Source: Auanema rhodensis (taxonomy: Eukaryota; Animalia; Nematoda). Taken from it: DNA of 64,000 nt. Under the pieces are notes generated by a model that was not told the origin of the DNA, did not search any database, and saw only the letters and a program-made list of their open reading frames with translations. The DNA is taken from positions 17,236,001-17,300,000 of the forward strand of contig OZ059894.1 in the NCBI GenBank assembly GCA_964057225.1, read 5' to 3'. This document shows, piece after piece, positions 33,401 to 48,000 of this stretch. The position numbers and the translations under genes were made by a program. Numbering within the stretch: the stretch's first letter is position 1; each line of letters opens with the position of its first letter.

Positions 33401-35307
33401 TCGCTTAGGGTGCGAGAGGTCCCGGGATCGATCCCCGGCTCGGCCCACGTTTTAACATTTTTTTTCGAGAAGTGTACTTCTTCTTAGTATTTAGTGCAAG
33501 TTCTCTTGAAATTCAATTAATTTTAAGCTTGAGTGTTCACCTATAAATATCAGATTGATAATATTCAGTTAAAAATATATATGGAAACGTAGAAGGTTCA
33601 TCTTAGTGAATGGATATTTCAGGCCGAGTGGTCTAGTGGTATGATTCTCGCTTAGGGTGCGAGAGGTCCCGGGATCGATCCCCGGCTCGGCCCACGTTTT
33701 AACATTTTGTTTCGAGAAGTGTACTTCTTCTTAGTATTTAGTGCAAGTTCTCTTGAAATTTAATCAATGTGGAGCTTTAGTATTCACCTATAGATATCAG
33801 ATTAATAATATTCAGTTAAAAATAATTATGGAAACGTAGAAGGTTCATCGTAGTGAATGGATATTTCAGGCCGAGTGGTCTAGTGGTATGATTCTCGCTT
33901 AGGGTGCGAGAGGTCCCGGGATCGATCCCCGGCTCGGCCCACGTTTTAACATTTTTTTTCGAGAAGTGTACTTCTTCTTAGTATTTAGTGCAAGTTCTCT
34001 TGAAATTCAATTAATTTTAAGCTTGAGTGTTCACCTATAAATATCAGATTGATAATATTCAGTTAAAAATATATATGGAAACGTAGAAGGTTCATCTTAG
34101 TGAATGGATATTTCAGGCCGAGTGGTCTAGTGGTATGATTCTCGCTTAGGGTGCGAGAGGTCCCGGGATCGATCCCCGGCTCGGCCCACGTTTTAACATT
34201 TTGTTTCGAGAAGTGTACTTCTTCTTAGTATTTAGTGCAAGTTCTCTTGAAATTTAATCAATGTGGAGCTTTAGTATTCACCTATAGATATCAGATTAAT
34301 AATATTCAGTTAAAAATAATTATGGAAAAGTAGGAGGTTCATCGTAGTGAATGGATATTTCAGGCCGAGTGGTCTAGTGGATTGATTCTCGCTTAGGGTG
34401 CGAGAGGTCCCGGGATCGATCCCCGGCTCGGCCCACGTTTTAACATTTTTTTTCGAGAAGTGTACTTCTTCTTAGTATTTAGTTGAAGTTCTCTTGAAAT
34501 TCAATCAATGTGGAGCTTTAGTATTCACCTATAGATATCAGATTAATAATATTCAGTTAAAAATAATTATGGAAAAGTAGGAGGTTCATCGTAGTGAATG
34601 GATATTTCAGGCCGAGTGGTCTAGTGGTATGATTCTCGCTTAGGGTGCGAGAGGTCCCGGGATCGATCCCCGGCTCGGCCCACGTTTTAACATTTTTTTT
34701 CGAGAAGTGTACTTCTTCTTAGTATTTAGTGGAAGTTCTCTTGAAATTCAATTAATTTTAAGCTTGAGTATTCACCTATAGATATCAGATTAATAATATG
34801 TAGTTAAAAATAATTATGGAAAAGTAGGAGGTTCATCGTAGTGAATGGATATTTCAGGCCGAGTGGTCTAGTGGTATGATTCTCGCTTAGGGTGCGAGAG
34901 GTCCCGGGATCGATCCCCGGCTCGGCCCACGTTTTAACATTTTTTTTCGAGAAGTGTACTTCTTCTTAGTATTTAGTGCAAGTTCTCTTGAAATTCAATT
35001 AATTTTAAGCTTGAGTGTTCACCTATAAATATCAGATTGATAATATTCAGTTAAAAATATATATGGAAACGTAGAAGGTTCATCGTAGTGAATGGATATT
35101 TCAGGCCGAGTGGTCTAGTGGTATGATTCTCGCTTAGGGTGCGAGAGGTCCCGGGATCGATCCCCGGCTCGGCCCACGTTTTAACATTTTTTTTCGAGAA
35201 GTGTACTTCTTCTTAGTGTTTATTGGAAGTTCTCTTGAAATTAAATTAATTTTAAGCTTTAGTATTCACCTATAGATATCAGATTAATAATATTCAGTTA
35301 AAAATAA
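18487..35307 (+). repeat. tRNA-Pro(AGG) array, segment 3 (about 68 genes) with 7-unit and 12-unit higher-order repeats
   Basis: Gene starts 18556 to 35104 span 67 periods; rare variants recur at 1729-bp and 2964-bp spacing. Confidence 0.97.
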
Positions 35308-38300
35308 CGTTCCATTCGGAAATCAATACGTAGCAGGCGGGTTAGAATCAGACGACATGAGGCTGAGAGAGGACGACACGCCCTTCATATGGAACACAGA
35401 CTTCAGCTTTGCCTTATGGAATGACTATGGATGGTTGGTCTTCCTTTCTTAGCTCTCTTTCACTTTATATCTTTATGTAGACTTATATAACTTATTGTAA
35501 TCATGTAGACATAATAAACCTTTCTTTCTCGAGTCTTATGTTTATCCATTATGCTCTTTATCTACCGCTACATCTGGAATACTATCACACTCATCTTGTA
35601 GGCTTTATTGGTCTATAGGATCGACGTGAGAGCATAACGGAACGTGGAGGTTCCACCTCGAACATTTTATCTTGATTTCTTGACTATTTTCTCTTATATT
35701 TCGTTATTTTCAATATTTCATTGAATCTGAATTCTCTTATATCTCTAAACCATCTACTCCATGTCTTAACACAATACGGTGGGGCCAACAACGTTTAAAA
35801 GGGAACAGATGCAAGGACCACTCCTTTTGGAGATGGATATTTTATATTTTTTGAAACTGAAGTTATATTTTCCCGTTTGTTCACAATTTTCTGTCTGTCT
35901 GAACCCAACAATTTTTATATCCTTGCTGTTAACATCGAATACTCTGTTACCCGAACTCGAAGCATTTTTGAGGACCCTAGGATGAATTAGTGAACAAATT
36001 CACCCAAGGATAATTTTTATTGAGATTTATGCCCACACTTTCTCCTTTTAAGGATTGATTTTGGCTTCGAGGAAAGAATAGCCACGGTTATTTCTTTATT
36101 TTTGTGGATGAAACAATTTTGCGCACCAAATCGAGATTATTTCATATTTTGCGATCAGGACTATTTTATTTTGCGTTACATTTCTGTTCAGACAACTTTT
36201 TGCCATTAACATCCAAAAATATTTTGATAACGCATTGAATTTACACGGGAAACCTCACCTAAATGGGAGGAACATTATGAAAAGTGAATTTTAAGATCGC
36301 TATAGTCCGAAAAATCCTGTACAATTTTACGAACTGAATTATTATTAGTGATTGTCTATCAGGTCGTGTTGGCTTAAGCATATCAGTTTGGATTTTCTCC
36401 CCTTACTATATGTCACCTTCCTCATACCGTTATTGTTGGTTTGAAGCATAAGACTCATTCCTAAACACCATAATTCTTTAAATATAGTTATTGTAATCTT
36501 TAGTCATCTATTCCTAGCCATAATTTTAAAACTAGATTTCTGATCATGATGGGACTACGGTACTCATTCGTTTTCCAAATTGCTTCCTTAAAAGAGTAAT
36601 GCTATTACGAATGTACATTATGAAAACCGCTAAAATCCTTTGAACATTTACCAAAGTCCATTTTCGTGGCATTTTCGATCACTCGTGAGTCCAAGAAGAT
36701 CAGAATCGTCAGAAAAAGAACATGCTTTCTAATGATCGTTATTGTGTCATTGACAACATGTTATACACAAAACCAAGCAGAAAACGACCACACCCAGCTT
36801 TGATTTTACCAAGGGAAAGCAAGCTTATCAACAAGGTTATCGAAGAATTTCACGAAGACCCAGCAATTGGAGCACATCAAGGAATTAACAAAACTAAAGA
36901 AGCCATACTACGAAGATTTTGCTGGACAAATATGCAAACGGACATAGCAATTTTTGTGAAACAATGCGTTAAATGCGCACAAAGGAAGAAAGATCCTCAC
37001 GCTATGACCGTTCAGCCTATGGGTCAATTTGAAATACCATCAAAACCATTTGAGAGAATACATATGGATATTATGGGACCATTCCCTACTTCAAAAAGAA
37101 ACAACAATTATGTCCTAACAATACAAGATTCATTCTCCAAATGGGCGACAACCATCGCTATACCAACAATTGTCACCGATGTCATCATTGATAGATTCCT
37201 CAGGAATTTCGTATATATTTTTGGACCACCAAATCGTTTAATAACCGATCGTGGATCTAATTTTGTATCAAAGAAATTTGAAGAAATGTGTGAAAAACTT
37301 GGCATTAAACACGAGCCAACACTCCCTCATCAGAAAAACTCTAATGGACAAGTCGAAAGACTACACAGAACGCTAGAAGAAGGATTAACACACTATCTCA
37401 ACGAAGACGTAACTGATTGGGACATGTATTTACCAAAAATTACTTTTGCGTTAAATACAATAACACACGCAACCACAGGAATCTCTCCATACATAGCATT
37501 ATTTGGAAAAGAAAGTCGTATGAGATTAGACGAAGAATTATTCCCCGAGACATTACAACCAGAGATCTTGGAAGAAATTGAGAATACCGAATATATCAGA
37601 GGAGAAAGAAGAACCATCATTCAAGAAAATCTTGCAAAACATCAAGAAACCGCGAAGAGAAAACATGATGGACGACAACGAATAGAAGAAAGAGATATCC
37701 GAAAAGGAGACCAAGTTATGTTAGCAATTAAAGCGCATAAACCAGGTCAAAAGCTTCGCAAATCATATGATGGACCATTTGAAGTCATCAACGTTGAAGG
37801 AAACATGGTACAACTCAAGAATCCATTTGGAAAAATTCAAGACGTACACAAAGACAATCTCAAACTTTTTGAACGCAAAATGGAGCATACAATCGCTCAA
37901 AACACGCGATCAAATACAACGACTTATGACACGGACGACGACAGCGATATTGAGATCATAAAAGTCATAAATGGTAACGATAACTATGACTCTACTGAAG
38001 AAACAGAACCAGAAGACCCATCGGACCAAAATTGGCTACCACCAAGAAGAAGACGATGAAAGAAATAATTTCGAGATTGATAAAATTATTGTGTGTTGTA
38101 TCAACTCTCTTTTAAAAAAAACCAGAGCTATTAATATTATTATATCATTGAAAAACTTGAGTAAGACGAGATGTAAGCTAATAATCAAAAAGCATTTCAG
38201 TTTCAAAGCATATATGATTATAAAACTTCATCAATTTCAAATAATTTCCCGTAAATAATGAAGAAATGAAAGATAAGAGACATTATATTGCATATTCATC

Positions 38301-39091
38301 TGAGCAACAGTCCTTATCAAGTAGTTAATGATTCAATTCCGGAAATTATATGGGATTTAGTTTAATTTTTTTTATTATTACAATTCGCTTTGAATACGCT
38401 GAAGAAACATGCTAGCTCCATCGATAATATAGCATGACTCTCGTTTCTCTATACTCAAACAAGTTAGACATGCAGCGTCGTGCCTAAAAAGCTATTTTGC
38501 GCACTCTCGCTGACAAAATATAGCCCTGGTATTCTAAAAGATTGTTTTATTCCTTAATATTCATGTATTTTCAAATAATTTTTATTAAATTCTTTTCAGA
38601 TAATATTGTTTAACATTATATTGTAATTTATCTTTACTATTTTTATGTTAACATTGTAATTTTTATTTTTTAAAACTAAACCTTCTGCTACGATTGAAAC
38701 AAGCCACATACTTTGCTATTCGCGAGGACGCGACATAAACTCGAAAAAATGGCACGTTCCATTCGGAAATCAATACGTAGCAGGCGGGTTAGAATCAGAC
38801 GACATGAGGCTGAGAGAGGACGACACGCCCTTCATATGGAACACAGACTTCAGCTTTGCCTTATGGAATGACTATGGATGGTTGGTCTTCCTTTCTTAGC
38901 TCTCTTTCACTTTATATCTTTATGTAGACTTATATAACTTATTGTAATCATGTAGACATAATAAACCTTTCTTTCTCGAGTCTTATGTTTATCCATTATG
39001 CTCTTTATCTACCGCTACATCTGGAATACTATCACACTCATCTTGTAGGCTTTATTGGTCTATAGGATCGACGTGAGAGCATAACGGAACG
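35308..39091 (+). mobile_element. E3: internally deleted LTR retrotransposon related to E1, retaining only integrase, 3784 bp
   Basis: 337-bp LTRs 35308-35644 and 38755-39091 (no mismatch seen), ends CGTTCC...GGAACG, TSD ATAA, PBS TGGAGGTTCCACC 35645-35657, purine-rich GAAAAAATGG before the 3' LTR. Confidence 0.96.
36722..38059 (+). CDS. Ty3/gypsy integrase (445 aa)
   Basis: HHCC zinc finger (FHEDPAIGAH..CVKC), D-D-E (HMD, TDRG, VER), GPF motif, acidic tail; aligns end to end with the E1 integrase. Confidence 0.93.
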   Translation: MLSNDRYCVIDNMLYTKPSRKRPHPALILPRESKLINKVIEEFHEDPAIGAHQGINKTKEAILRRFCWTNMQTDIAIFVKQCVKCAQRKKDPHAMTVQPMGQFEIPSKPFERIHMDIMGPFPTSKRNNNYVLTIQDSFSKWATTIAIPTIVTDVIIDRFLRNFVYIFGPPNRLITDRGSNFVSKKFEEMCEKLGIKHEPTLPHQKNSNGQVERLHRTLEEGLTHYLNEDVTDWDMYLPKITFALNTITHATTGISPYIALFGKESRMRLDEELFPETLQPEILEEIENTEYIRGERRTIIQENLAKHQETAKRKHDGRQRIEERDIRKGDQVMLAIKAHKPGQKLRKSYDGPFEVINVEGNMVQLKNPFGKIQDVHKDNLKLFERKMEHTIAQNTRSNTTTYDTDDDSDIEIIKVINGNDNYDSTEETEPEDPSDQNWLPPRRRR

Positions 39092-42000
39092 ATAATTATG
39101 GAAAAGTAGGAGGTTCATCGTAGTGAATGGATATTTCAGGCCGAGTGGTCTAGTGGTATGATTCTCGCTTAGGGTGCGAGAGGTCCCGGGATCGATCCCC
39201 GGCTCGGCCCATATTTTTACATTTTTTTTCGAGAAGTGTACTTCTTCTTAGTATTTAGTTGAAGTTCTCTTGAAATTCAATCAATGTGGGGCTTTAGTAT
39301 TCACCTATAGATATCAGATTAATAATATTCAGTTAAAAATAATTATGGAAAAGTAGGAGGTTCATCGTAGTGAATGGATATTTCAGGCCGAGTGGTCTAG
39401 TGGATTGATTCTCGCTTAGGGTGCGAGAGGTCCCGGGATCGATCCCCGGCTCGGCCCACGTTTTAACATTTTTTTTCGAGAAGTGTACTTCTTCTTAGTA
39501 TTTAGTTGAAGTTCTCTTGAAATTCAATCAATGTGGAGCTTTAGTATTCACCTATAGATATCAGATTAATAATATTCAGTTAAAAATAATTATGGAAAAG
39601 TAGGAGGTTCATCGTAGTGAATGGATATTTCAGGCCGAGTGGTCTAGTGGTATGATTCTCGCTTAGGGTGCGAGAGGTCCCGGGATCGATCCCCGGCTCG
39701 GCACACGTTTTAACATTTTTTTTCGAGAAGTGTACTTCTTCTTAGTATTTAGTGGAAGTTCTCTTGAAATTCAATTAATTTTAAGCTTGAGTATTCACCT
39801 ATAGATATCAGATTAATAATATGTAGTTAAAAATAATTATGGAAAAGTAGGAGGTTCATCGTAGTGAATGGATATTTCAGGCCGAGTGGTCTAGTGGTAT
39901 GATTCTCGCTTAGGGTGCGAGAGGTCCCGGGATCGATCCCCGGCTCGGCCCACGTTTTAACATTTTTTTTCGAGAAGTGTACTTCTTCTTAGTATTTAGT
40001 GCAAGTTCTCTTGAAAATCAATTAATTTTAAGCTTGAGTGTTCACCTATAAATATCAGATTGATAATATTCAGTTAAAAATATATATGGAAACGTAGAAG
40101 GTTCATCGTAGTGAATGGATATTTCAGGCCGAGTGGTCTAGTGGTATGATTCTCGCTTAGGGTGCGAGAGGTCCCGGGATCGATCCCCGGCTCGGCCCAC
40201 GTTTTAACATTTTTTTTCGAGAAGTGTACTTCTTCTTAGTGTTTATTGGAAGTTCTCTTGAAATTAAATTAATTTTAAGCTTTAGTATTCACCTATAGAT
40301 ATCAGATTAATAATATTCAGTTAAAAATAATTATGGAAAAGTAGGAGGTTCATCGTAGTGAATGGATATTTCAGGCCGAGTGGTCTAGTGGTATGATTCT
40401 CGCTTAGGGTGCGAGAGGTCCCGGGATCGATCCCCGGCTCGGCCCACATTTTAACTTTTTTTTTCGAGAAGTGTACTTCTTCTTAGTATTTAGTTGAAGT
40501 TCTCTTGAAATTCAATCAATGTGGGGCTTTAGTATTCACCTATAGATATCAGATTAATAATATTCAGTTAAAAATAATTATGGAAAAGTAGGAGGTTTAT
40601 CTTAGTGAATGGATATTTCAGGCCGAGTGGTCTAGTGGTATGATTCTCGCTTAGGGTGCGAGAGGTCCCGGGATCGATCCCCGGCTCGGCCCACGTTTTA
40701 ACATTTTGTTTCGAGAAGTGTACTTCTTCTTAGTATTTAGTGGAAGTTCTCTTGAAATTCAATTAATTTTAAGCTTGAGTGTTCACCTATAAATATCAGA
40801 TTGATAATATTCAGTTAAAAATATATATGGAAAAGTAGGAGGTTCATCTTAGTGAATGGATATTTCAGGCCGAGTGGTCTAGTGGTATGATTCTCGCTTA
40901 GGGTGCGAGAGGTCCCGGGATCGATCCCCGGCTCGGCCCACGTTTTAACATTTTGTTTCGAGTAGTGTACTTCTTCTTCGTATTTAGTGGAAGTTCTCTT
41001 GAAATTCAATTAATGTTGAGCTTTAGTATTCACCTATAGATATCAGATTAATAATATTCAGTTAAAAATAATTATGGAAACGTAGAAGGTTCATCGTAGT
41101 GAATGGATATTTCAGGCCGAGTGGTCTAGTGGTATGATTCTCGCTTAGGGTGCGAGAGGTCCCGGGATCGATCCCCGGCTCGGCCCACGTTTTAACATTT
41201 TGTTTCGAGAAGTGTACTTCTTTTTAGTATTTAGTGGAAGTTCTCTTGAAATTCAATTAATTTTAAGCTTGAGTGTTCACCTATAAATATCAGATTGATA
41301 ATATTCAGTTAAAAATATATATGGAAAAGTAGGAGGTTCATCTTAGTGAATGGATATTTCAGGCCGAGTGGTCTAGTGGTATGATTCTCGCTTAGGGTGC
41401 GAGAGGTCCCGGGATCGATCCCCGGCTCGGCCCACGTTTTAACATTTTGTTTCGAGAAGTGTACTTCTTCTTAGTATTTAGTGGAAGTTCTCTTGAAATT
41501 CAATCAATGTGGAGCTTTAGTATTCACCTATAGATATCAGATTAATAATATTCAGTTAAAAAAAATTATGGAAAAGTAGGAGGTTCATCGTAGTGAATGG
41601 ATATTTCAGGCCGAGTGGTCTAGTGGTATGATTCTCGCTTAGGGTGCGAGAGGTCCCGGGATCGATCCCCGGCTCGGCCCACGTTTTAACATTTTGTTTC
41701 GAGTAGTGTACTTCTTCTTCGTATTTAGTGGAAGTTCTCTTGAAATTCAATTAATGTTGAGCTTTAGTATTCACCTATAGATATCAGATTAATAATATTC
41801 AGTTAAAAATAATTATGGAAACGTAGAAGGTTCATCGTAGTGAATGGATATTTCAGGCCGAGTGGTCTAGTGGTATGATTCTCGCTTAGGGTGCGAGAGG
41901 TCCCGGGATCGATCCCCTGCTCGGCCCACGTTTTAACATTTTGTTTCGAGAAGTGTACTTCTTTTTAGTATTTAGTGGAAGTTCTCTTGAAATTCAATTA

Positions 42001-45000
42001 ATTTTAAGCTTGAGTGTTCACCTATAAATATCAGATTGATAATATTCAGTTAAAAATATATATGGAAAAGTAGGAGGTTCATCTTAGTGAATGGATATTT
42101 CAGGCCGAGTGGTCTAGTGGTATGATTCTCGCTTAGGGTGCGAGAGGTCCCGGGATCGATCCCCGGCTCGGCCCACGTTTTAACATTTTGTTTCGAGAAG
42201 TGTACTTCTTCTTAGTATTTAGTGGAAGTTCTCTTGAAATTCAATCAATGTGGAGCTTTAGTATTCACCTATAGATATCAGATTAATAATATTCAGTTAA
42301 AAAAAATTATGGAAAAGTAGGAGGTTCATCGTAGTGAATGGATATTTCAGGCCGAGTGGTCTAGTGGATTGATTCTCGCTTAGGGTGCGAGAGGTCCCGG
42401 GATCGATCCCCGGCTCGGCCCACGTTTTAACATTTTTTTTCGAGAAGTGTACTTCTTCTTAGTATTTAGTTGAAGTTCTCTTGAAATTCAATCAATGTGG
42501 AGCTTTAGTATTCACCTATAGATATCAGATTAATAATATTCAGTTAAAAATAATTATGGAAAAGTAGGAGGTTCATCGTAGTGAATGGATATTTCAGGCC
42601 GAGTGGTCTAGTGGATTGATTCTCGCTTAGGGTGCGAGAGGTCCCGGGATCGATCCCCGGCTCGGCCCACGTTTTAACATTTTTTTTCGAGAAGTGTACT
42701 TCTTCTTAGTATTTAGTGGAAGTTCTCTTGAAATTCAATTAATTTTAAGCTTGAGTATTCACCTATAGATATCAGATTAATAATATGTAGTTAAAAATAA
42801 TTATGGAAAAGTAGGAGGTTCATCGTAGTGAATGGATATTTCAGGCCGAGTGGTCTAGTGGTATGATTCTCGCTTAGGGTGCGAGAGGTCCCGGGATCGA
42901 TCCCCGGCTCGGCCCACGTTTTAACATTTTTTTTCGAGAAGTGTACTTCTTCTTAGTATTTAGTGGAAGTTCTCTTGAAATTCAATTAATTTTAAGCTTG
43001 AGTATTCACCTATAGATATCAGATTAATAATAGGTAGTTAAAAATAATTATGGAAAAGTAGGAGGTTCATCGTAGTGAATGGATATTTCAGGCCGAGTGG
43101 TCTAGTGGTATGATTCTCGCTTAGGGTGCGAGAGGTCCCGGGATCGATCCCCGGCTCGGCTCACGTTTTAACATTTTTTTTCGAGATGTGTACTTCTTCT
43201 TAGTATTTAGTGGAAGTTCTCTTGAAATTCAATTAATTTTAAGCTTGAGTATTCACCTATAGATATCAGATTAATAATAGGTAGTTAAAAATAATTATGG
43301 AAAAGTAGGAGGTTCATCGTAGTGAATGGATATTTCAGGCCGAGTGGTCTAGTGGATTGATTCTCGCTTAGGGTGCGAGAGGTCCCGGGATCGATCCCCG
43401 GCTCGGCCCACGTTTTAACATTTTTTTTCGAGAAGTGTACTTCTTCTTAGTATTTAGTGGAAGTTCTCTTGAAATTCAATCAATGTTGAGCTTTAGTATT
43501 CACCTATAGATATCAGATTAATAATAGGTAGTTAAAAATAATTATGGAAAAGTAGGAGGTTCATCGTAGTGAATGGATATTTCAGGCCGAGTGGTCTAGT
43601 GGTATGATTCTCGCTTAGGGTGCGAGAGGTCCCGGGATCGATCCCCGGCTCGGCCCACGTTTTAACATTTTTTTTCGAGAAGTGTACTTCTTCTTAGTAT
43701 TTAGTGCAAGTTCTCTTGAAATTCAATTAATTTTAAGCTTGAGTGTTCACCTATAAATATCAGATTAATAATATTCAGTTAAAAATAATTATGGAAAAGT
43801 AGGAGGTTCATCGTAGTGAATGGATATTTCAGGCCGAGTGGTCTAGTGGTATGATTCTCGCTTAGGGTGCGAGAGGTCCCGGGATCGATCCCCGGCTCGG
43901 CCCACGTTTTAACATTTTTTTTCGAGAAGTGTACTTCTTCTTAGTATTTAGTTGAAGTTCTCTTGAAATTCAATCAATGTTGAGCTTTAGTATTCACCTA
44001 TAGATATCAGATTAATAATAGGTAGTTAAAAATAATTATGGAAAAGTAGGAGGTTCATCGTAGTGAATGGATATTTCAGGCCGAGTGGTCTAGTGGTATG
44101 ATTCTCGCTTAGGGTGCGAGAGGTCCCGGGATCGATCCCCGGCTCGGCCCACGTTTTAACATTTTTTTTCGAGAAGTGTACTTCTTCTTAGTATTTAGTG
44201 GAAGTTCTCTTGAAATTCAATTAATTTTAAGCTTGAGTATTCACCTATAGATATCAGATTAATAATATTCAGTTAAAAATAATTATGGAAAAGTAGGAGG
44301 TTCATCGTAGTGAATGGATATTTCAGGCCGAGTGGTCTAGTGGTATGATTCTCGCTTAGGGTGCGAGAGGTCCCGGGATCGATCCCCGGCTCGGCCCACG
44401 TTTTAACATTTTTTTTCGAGAAGTGTACTTCTTCTTAGTATTTAGTTGAAGTTCTCTTGAAATTCAATCAATGTGGAGCTTTAGTATTCACCTATAGATA
44501 TCAGATTAATAATATTCAGTTAAAAATAATTATGGAAAAGTAGGAGGTTCATCGTAGTGAATGGATATTTCAGGCCGAGTGGTCTAGTGGTATGATTCTC
44601 GCTTAGGGTGCGAGAGGTCCCGGGATCGATCCCCGGCTCGGCCCACGTTTTAACATTTTTTTTCGAGAAGTGTACTTCTTCTTAGTATTTAGTTGAAGTT
44701 CTCTTGAAATTCAATCAATGTTGAGCTTTAGTATTCACCTATAGATATCAGATTAATAATAGGTAGTTAAAAATAATTATGGAAAAGTAGGAGGTTCATC
44801 GTAGTGAATGGATATTTCAGGCCGAGTGGTCTAGTGGTATGATTCTCGCTTAGGGTGCGAGAGGTCCCGGGATCGATCCCCGGCTCGGCCCACGTTTTAA
44901 CATTTTTTTTCGAGAAGTGTACTTCTTCTTAGTATTTAGTTGAAGTTCTCTTGAAATTCAATCAATGTGGAGCTTTAGTATTCACCTATAGATATCAGAT

Positions 45001-48000
45001 TAATAATATTCAGTTAAAAATAATTATGGAAAAGTAGGAGGTTCATCGTAGTGAATGGATATTTCAGGCCGAGTGGTCTAGTGGATTGATTCTCGCTTAG
45101 GGTGCGAGAGGTCCCGGGATCGATCCCCGGCTCGGCCCACGTTTTAAAAATTTTTTTTCGAGAAGTGTACTTCTTTTTAGTATTTAGTTGAAGTTCTCTT
45201 GAAATTCAATCAATGTTGAGCTTTAGTATTCACCTATAGATATCAGATTAATAATATTCAGTTAAAAATAATTATGGAAAAGTAGGAGGTTCATCGTAGT
45301 GAATGGATATTTCAGGCCGAGTGGTCTAGTGGATTGATTCTCGCTTAGGGTGCGAGAGGTCCCGGGATCGATCCCCGGCTCGGCCCACGTTTTAACATTT
45401 TTTTTCGAGAAGTGTACTTCTTCTTAGTATTTAGTTGAAGTTCTCTTGAAATTCAATCAATGTGGAGCTTTAGTATTCACCTATAGATATCAGATTAATA
45501 ATATTCAGTTAAAAATAATTATGGAAAAGTAGGAGGTTCATCGTAGTGAATGGATATTTCAGGCCGAGTGGTCTAGTGGTATGATTCTCGCTTAGGGTGC
45601 GAGAGGTCCCGGGATCGATCCCCGGCTCGGCCCACGTTTTAACATTTTTTTTCGAGAAGTGTACTTCTTCTTAGTATTTAGTGGAAGTTCTCTTGAAATT
45701 CAATCAATGTGGAGCTTTAGTATTCACCTATAGATATCAGATTAATAATATTCAGTTAAAAAAAATTATGGAAAAGTAGGAGGTTCATCGTAGTGAATGG
45801 ATATTTCAGGCCGAGTGGTCTAGTGGTATGATTCTCGATTAGGGTGCGAGAGGTCCCGGGATCGATCCCCGGCTCGGCCCACGTTTTAACATTTTTTTTC
45901 GAGAAGTGTACTTCTTCTTAGTATTTAGTGGAAGTTCTCTTGAAATTCAATTAATTTTAAGCTTGAGTATTCACCTATAGATATCAGATTAATAATAGGT
46001 AGTTAAAAATAATTATGGAAAAGTAGGAGGTTCATCGTAGTGAATGGATATTTCAGGCCGAGTGGTCTAGTGGATTGATTCTCGCTTAGGGTGCGAGAGG
46101 TTCCGGGATCGATCCCCGGCTCGGCCCACGTTTTAACATTTTTTTTCGAGAAGTGTACTTCTTCTTAGTATTTAGTGGAAGTTCTCTTGAAATTCAATCA
46201 ATGTTGAGCTTTAGTATTCACCTATAGATATCAGATTAATAATAGGTAGTTAAAAATAATTATGGAAAAGTAGGAGGTTCATCGTAGTGAATGGATATTT
46301 CAGGCCGAGTGGTCTAGTGGTATGATTCTCGCTTAGGGTGCGAGAGGTCCCGGGATCGATCCCCGGCTCGGCCCACGTTTTAACATTTTTTTTCGAGAAG
46401 TGTACTTCTTCTTAGTATTTAGTGCAAGTTCTCTTGAAATTCAATTAATTTTAAGCTTGAGTGTTCACCTATAAATATCAGATTAATAATATTCAGTTAA
46501 AAATAATTATGGAAAAGTAGGAGGTTCATCGTAGTGAATGGATATTTCAGGCCGAGTGGTCTAGTGGTATGATTCTCGCTTAGGGTGCGAGAGGTCCCGG
46601 GATCGATCCCCGGCTCGGCCCACGTTTTAACATTTTTTTCGAGAAGTGTACTTCTTCTTAGTATTTAGTTGAAGTTCTCTTGAAATTCAATCAATGTTGA
46701 GCTTTAGTATTCACCTATAGATATCAGATTAATAATAGGTAGTTAAAAATAATTATGGAAAAGTAGGAGGTTCATCGTAGTGAATGGATATTTCAGGCCG
46801 AGTGGTCTAGTGGTATGATTCTCGCTTAGGGTGCGAGAGGTCCCGGGATCGATCCCTGGCTCGGCCCACGTTTTAACATTTTTTTTCGAGAAGTGTACTT
46901 CTTCTTAGTATTTAGTGGAAGTTCTCTTGAAATTCAATTAATTTTAAGCTTGAGTATTCACCTATAGATATCAGATTAATAATATGTAGTTAAAAATAAT
47001 TATGGAAAAGTAGGAGGTTCATCGTAGTGAATGGATATTTCAGGCCGAGTGGTCTAGTGGATCGATTCTCGCTTAGGGTGCGAGAGGTTCCGGGATCGAT
47101 CCCCGGCTCGGCCCACGTTTTAACATTTTTTTTCGAGAAGTGTACTTCTTCTTAGTATTTAGTGGAAGTTCTCTTGAAATTCAATTAATTTTAAGCTTGA
47201 GTATTCACCTATAGATATCAGATTAATAATATGTAGTTAAAAATAATTATGGAAAAGTAGGAGGTTCATCGTAGTGAATGGATATTTCAGGCCGAGTGGT
47301 CTAGTGGATTGATTCTCGCTTAGGGTGCGAGAGGTTCCGGGATCGATCCCCGGCTCGGCCCACGTTTTAACATTTTTTTTCGAGAAGTGTACTTCTTCTT
47401 TGTATTTAGTGGAAGTTCTCTTGAAATTCAATCAATGTTGAGCTTTAGTATTCACCTATAGATATCAGATTAATAATATTCAGTTAAAAATAATTATGGA
47501 AAAGTAGGAGGTTCATCGTAGTGAATGGATATTTCAGGCCGAGTGGTCTAGTGGATTGATTCTCGCTTAGGGTGCGAGAGGTTCCGGGATCGATCCCCGG
47601 CTCGGCCCACGTTTTAACATTTTTTTTCGAGAAGTGTACTTCTTCTTAGTATTTAGTTGAAGTTCTCTTGAAATTCAATCAATGTTGAGCTTTAGTATTC
47701 ACCTATAGATATCAGATTAATAATATTCAGTTAAAAATAATTATGGAAAAGTAGGAGGTTCATCGTAGTGAATGGATATTTCAGGCCGAGTGGTCTAGTG
47801 GTATGATTCTCGCTTAGGGTGCGAGAGGTCCCGGGATCGATCCCCGGCTCGGCCCACGTTTTAACATTTTTTTTCGAGAAGTGTACTTCTTCTTAGTATT
47901 TAGTGGAAGTTCTCTTGAAATTCAATTAATTTTAAGCTTGAGTATTCACCTATAGATATCAGATTAATAATATGTAGTTAAAAATAATTATGAAAAAGTA

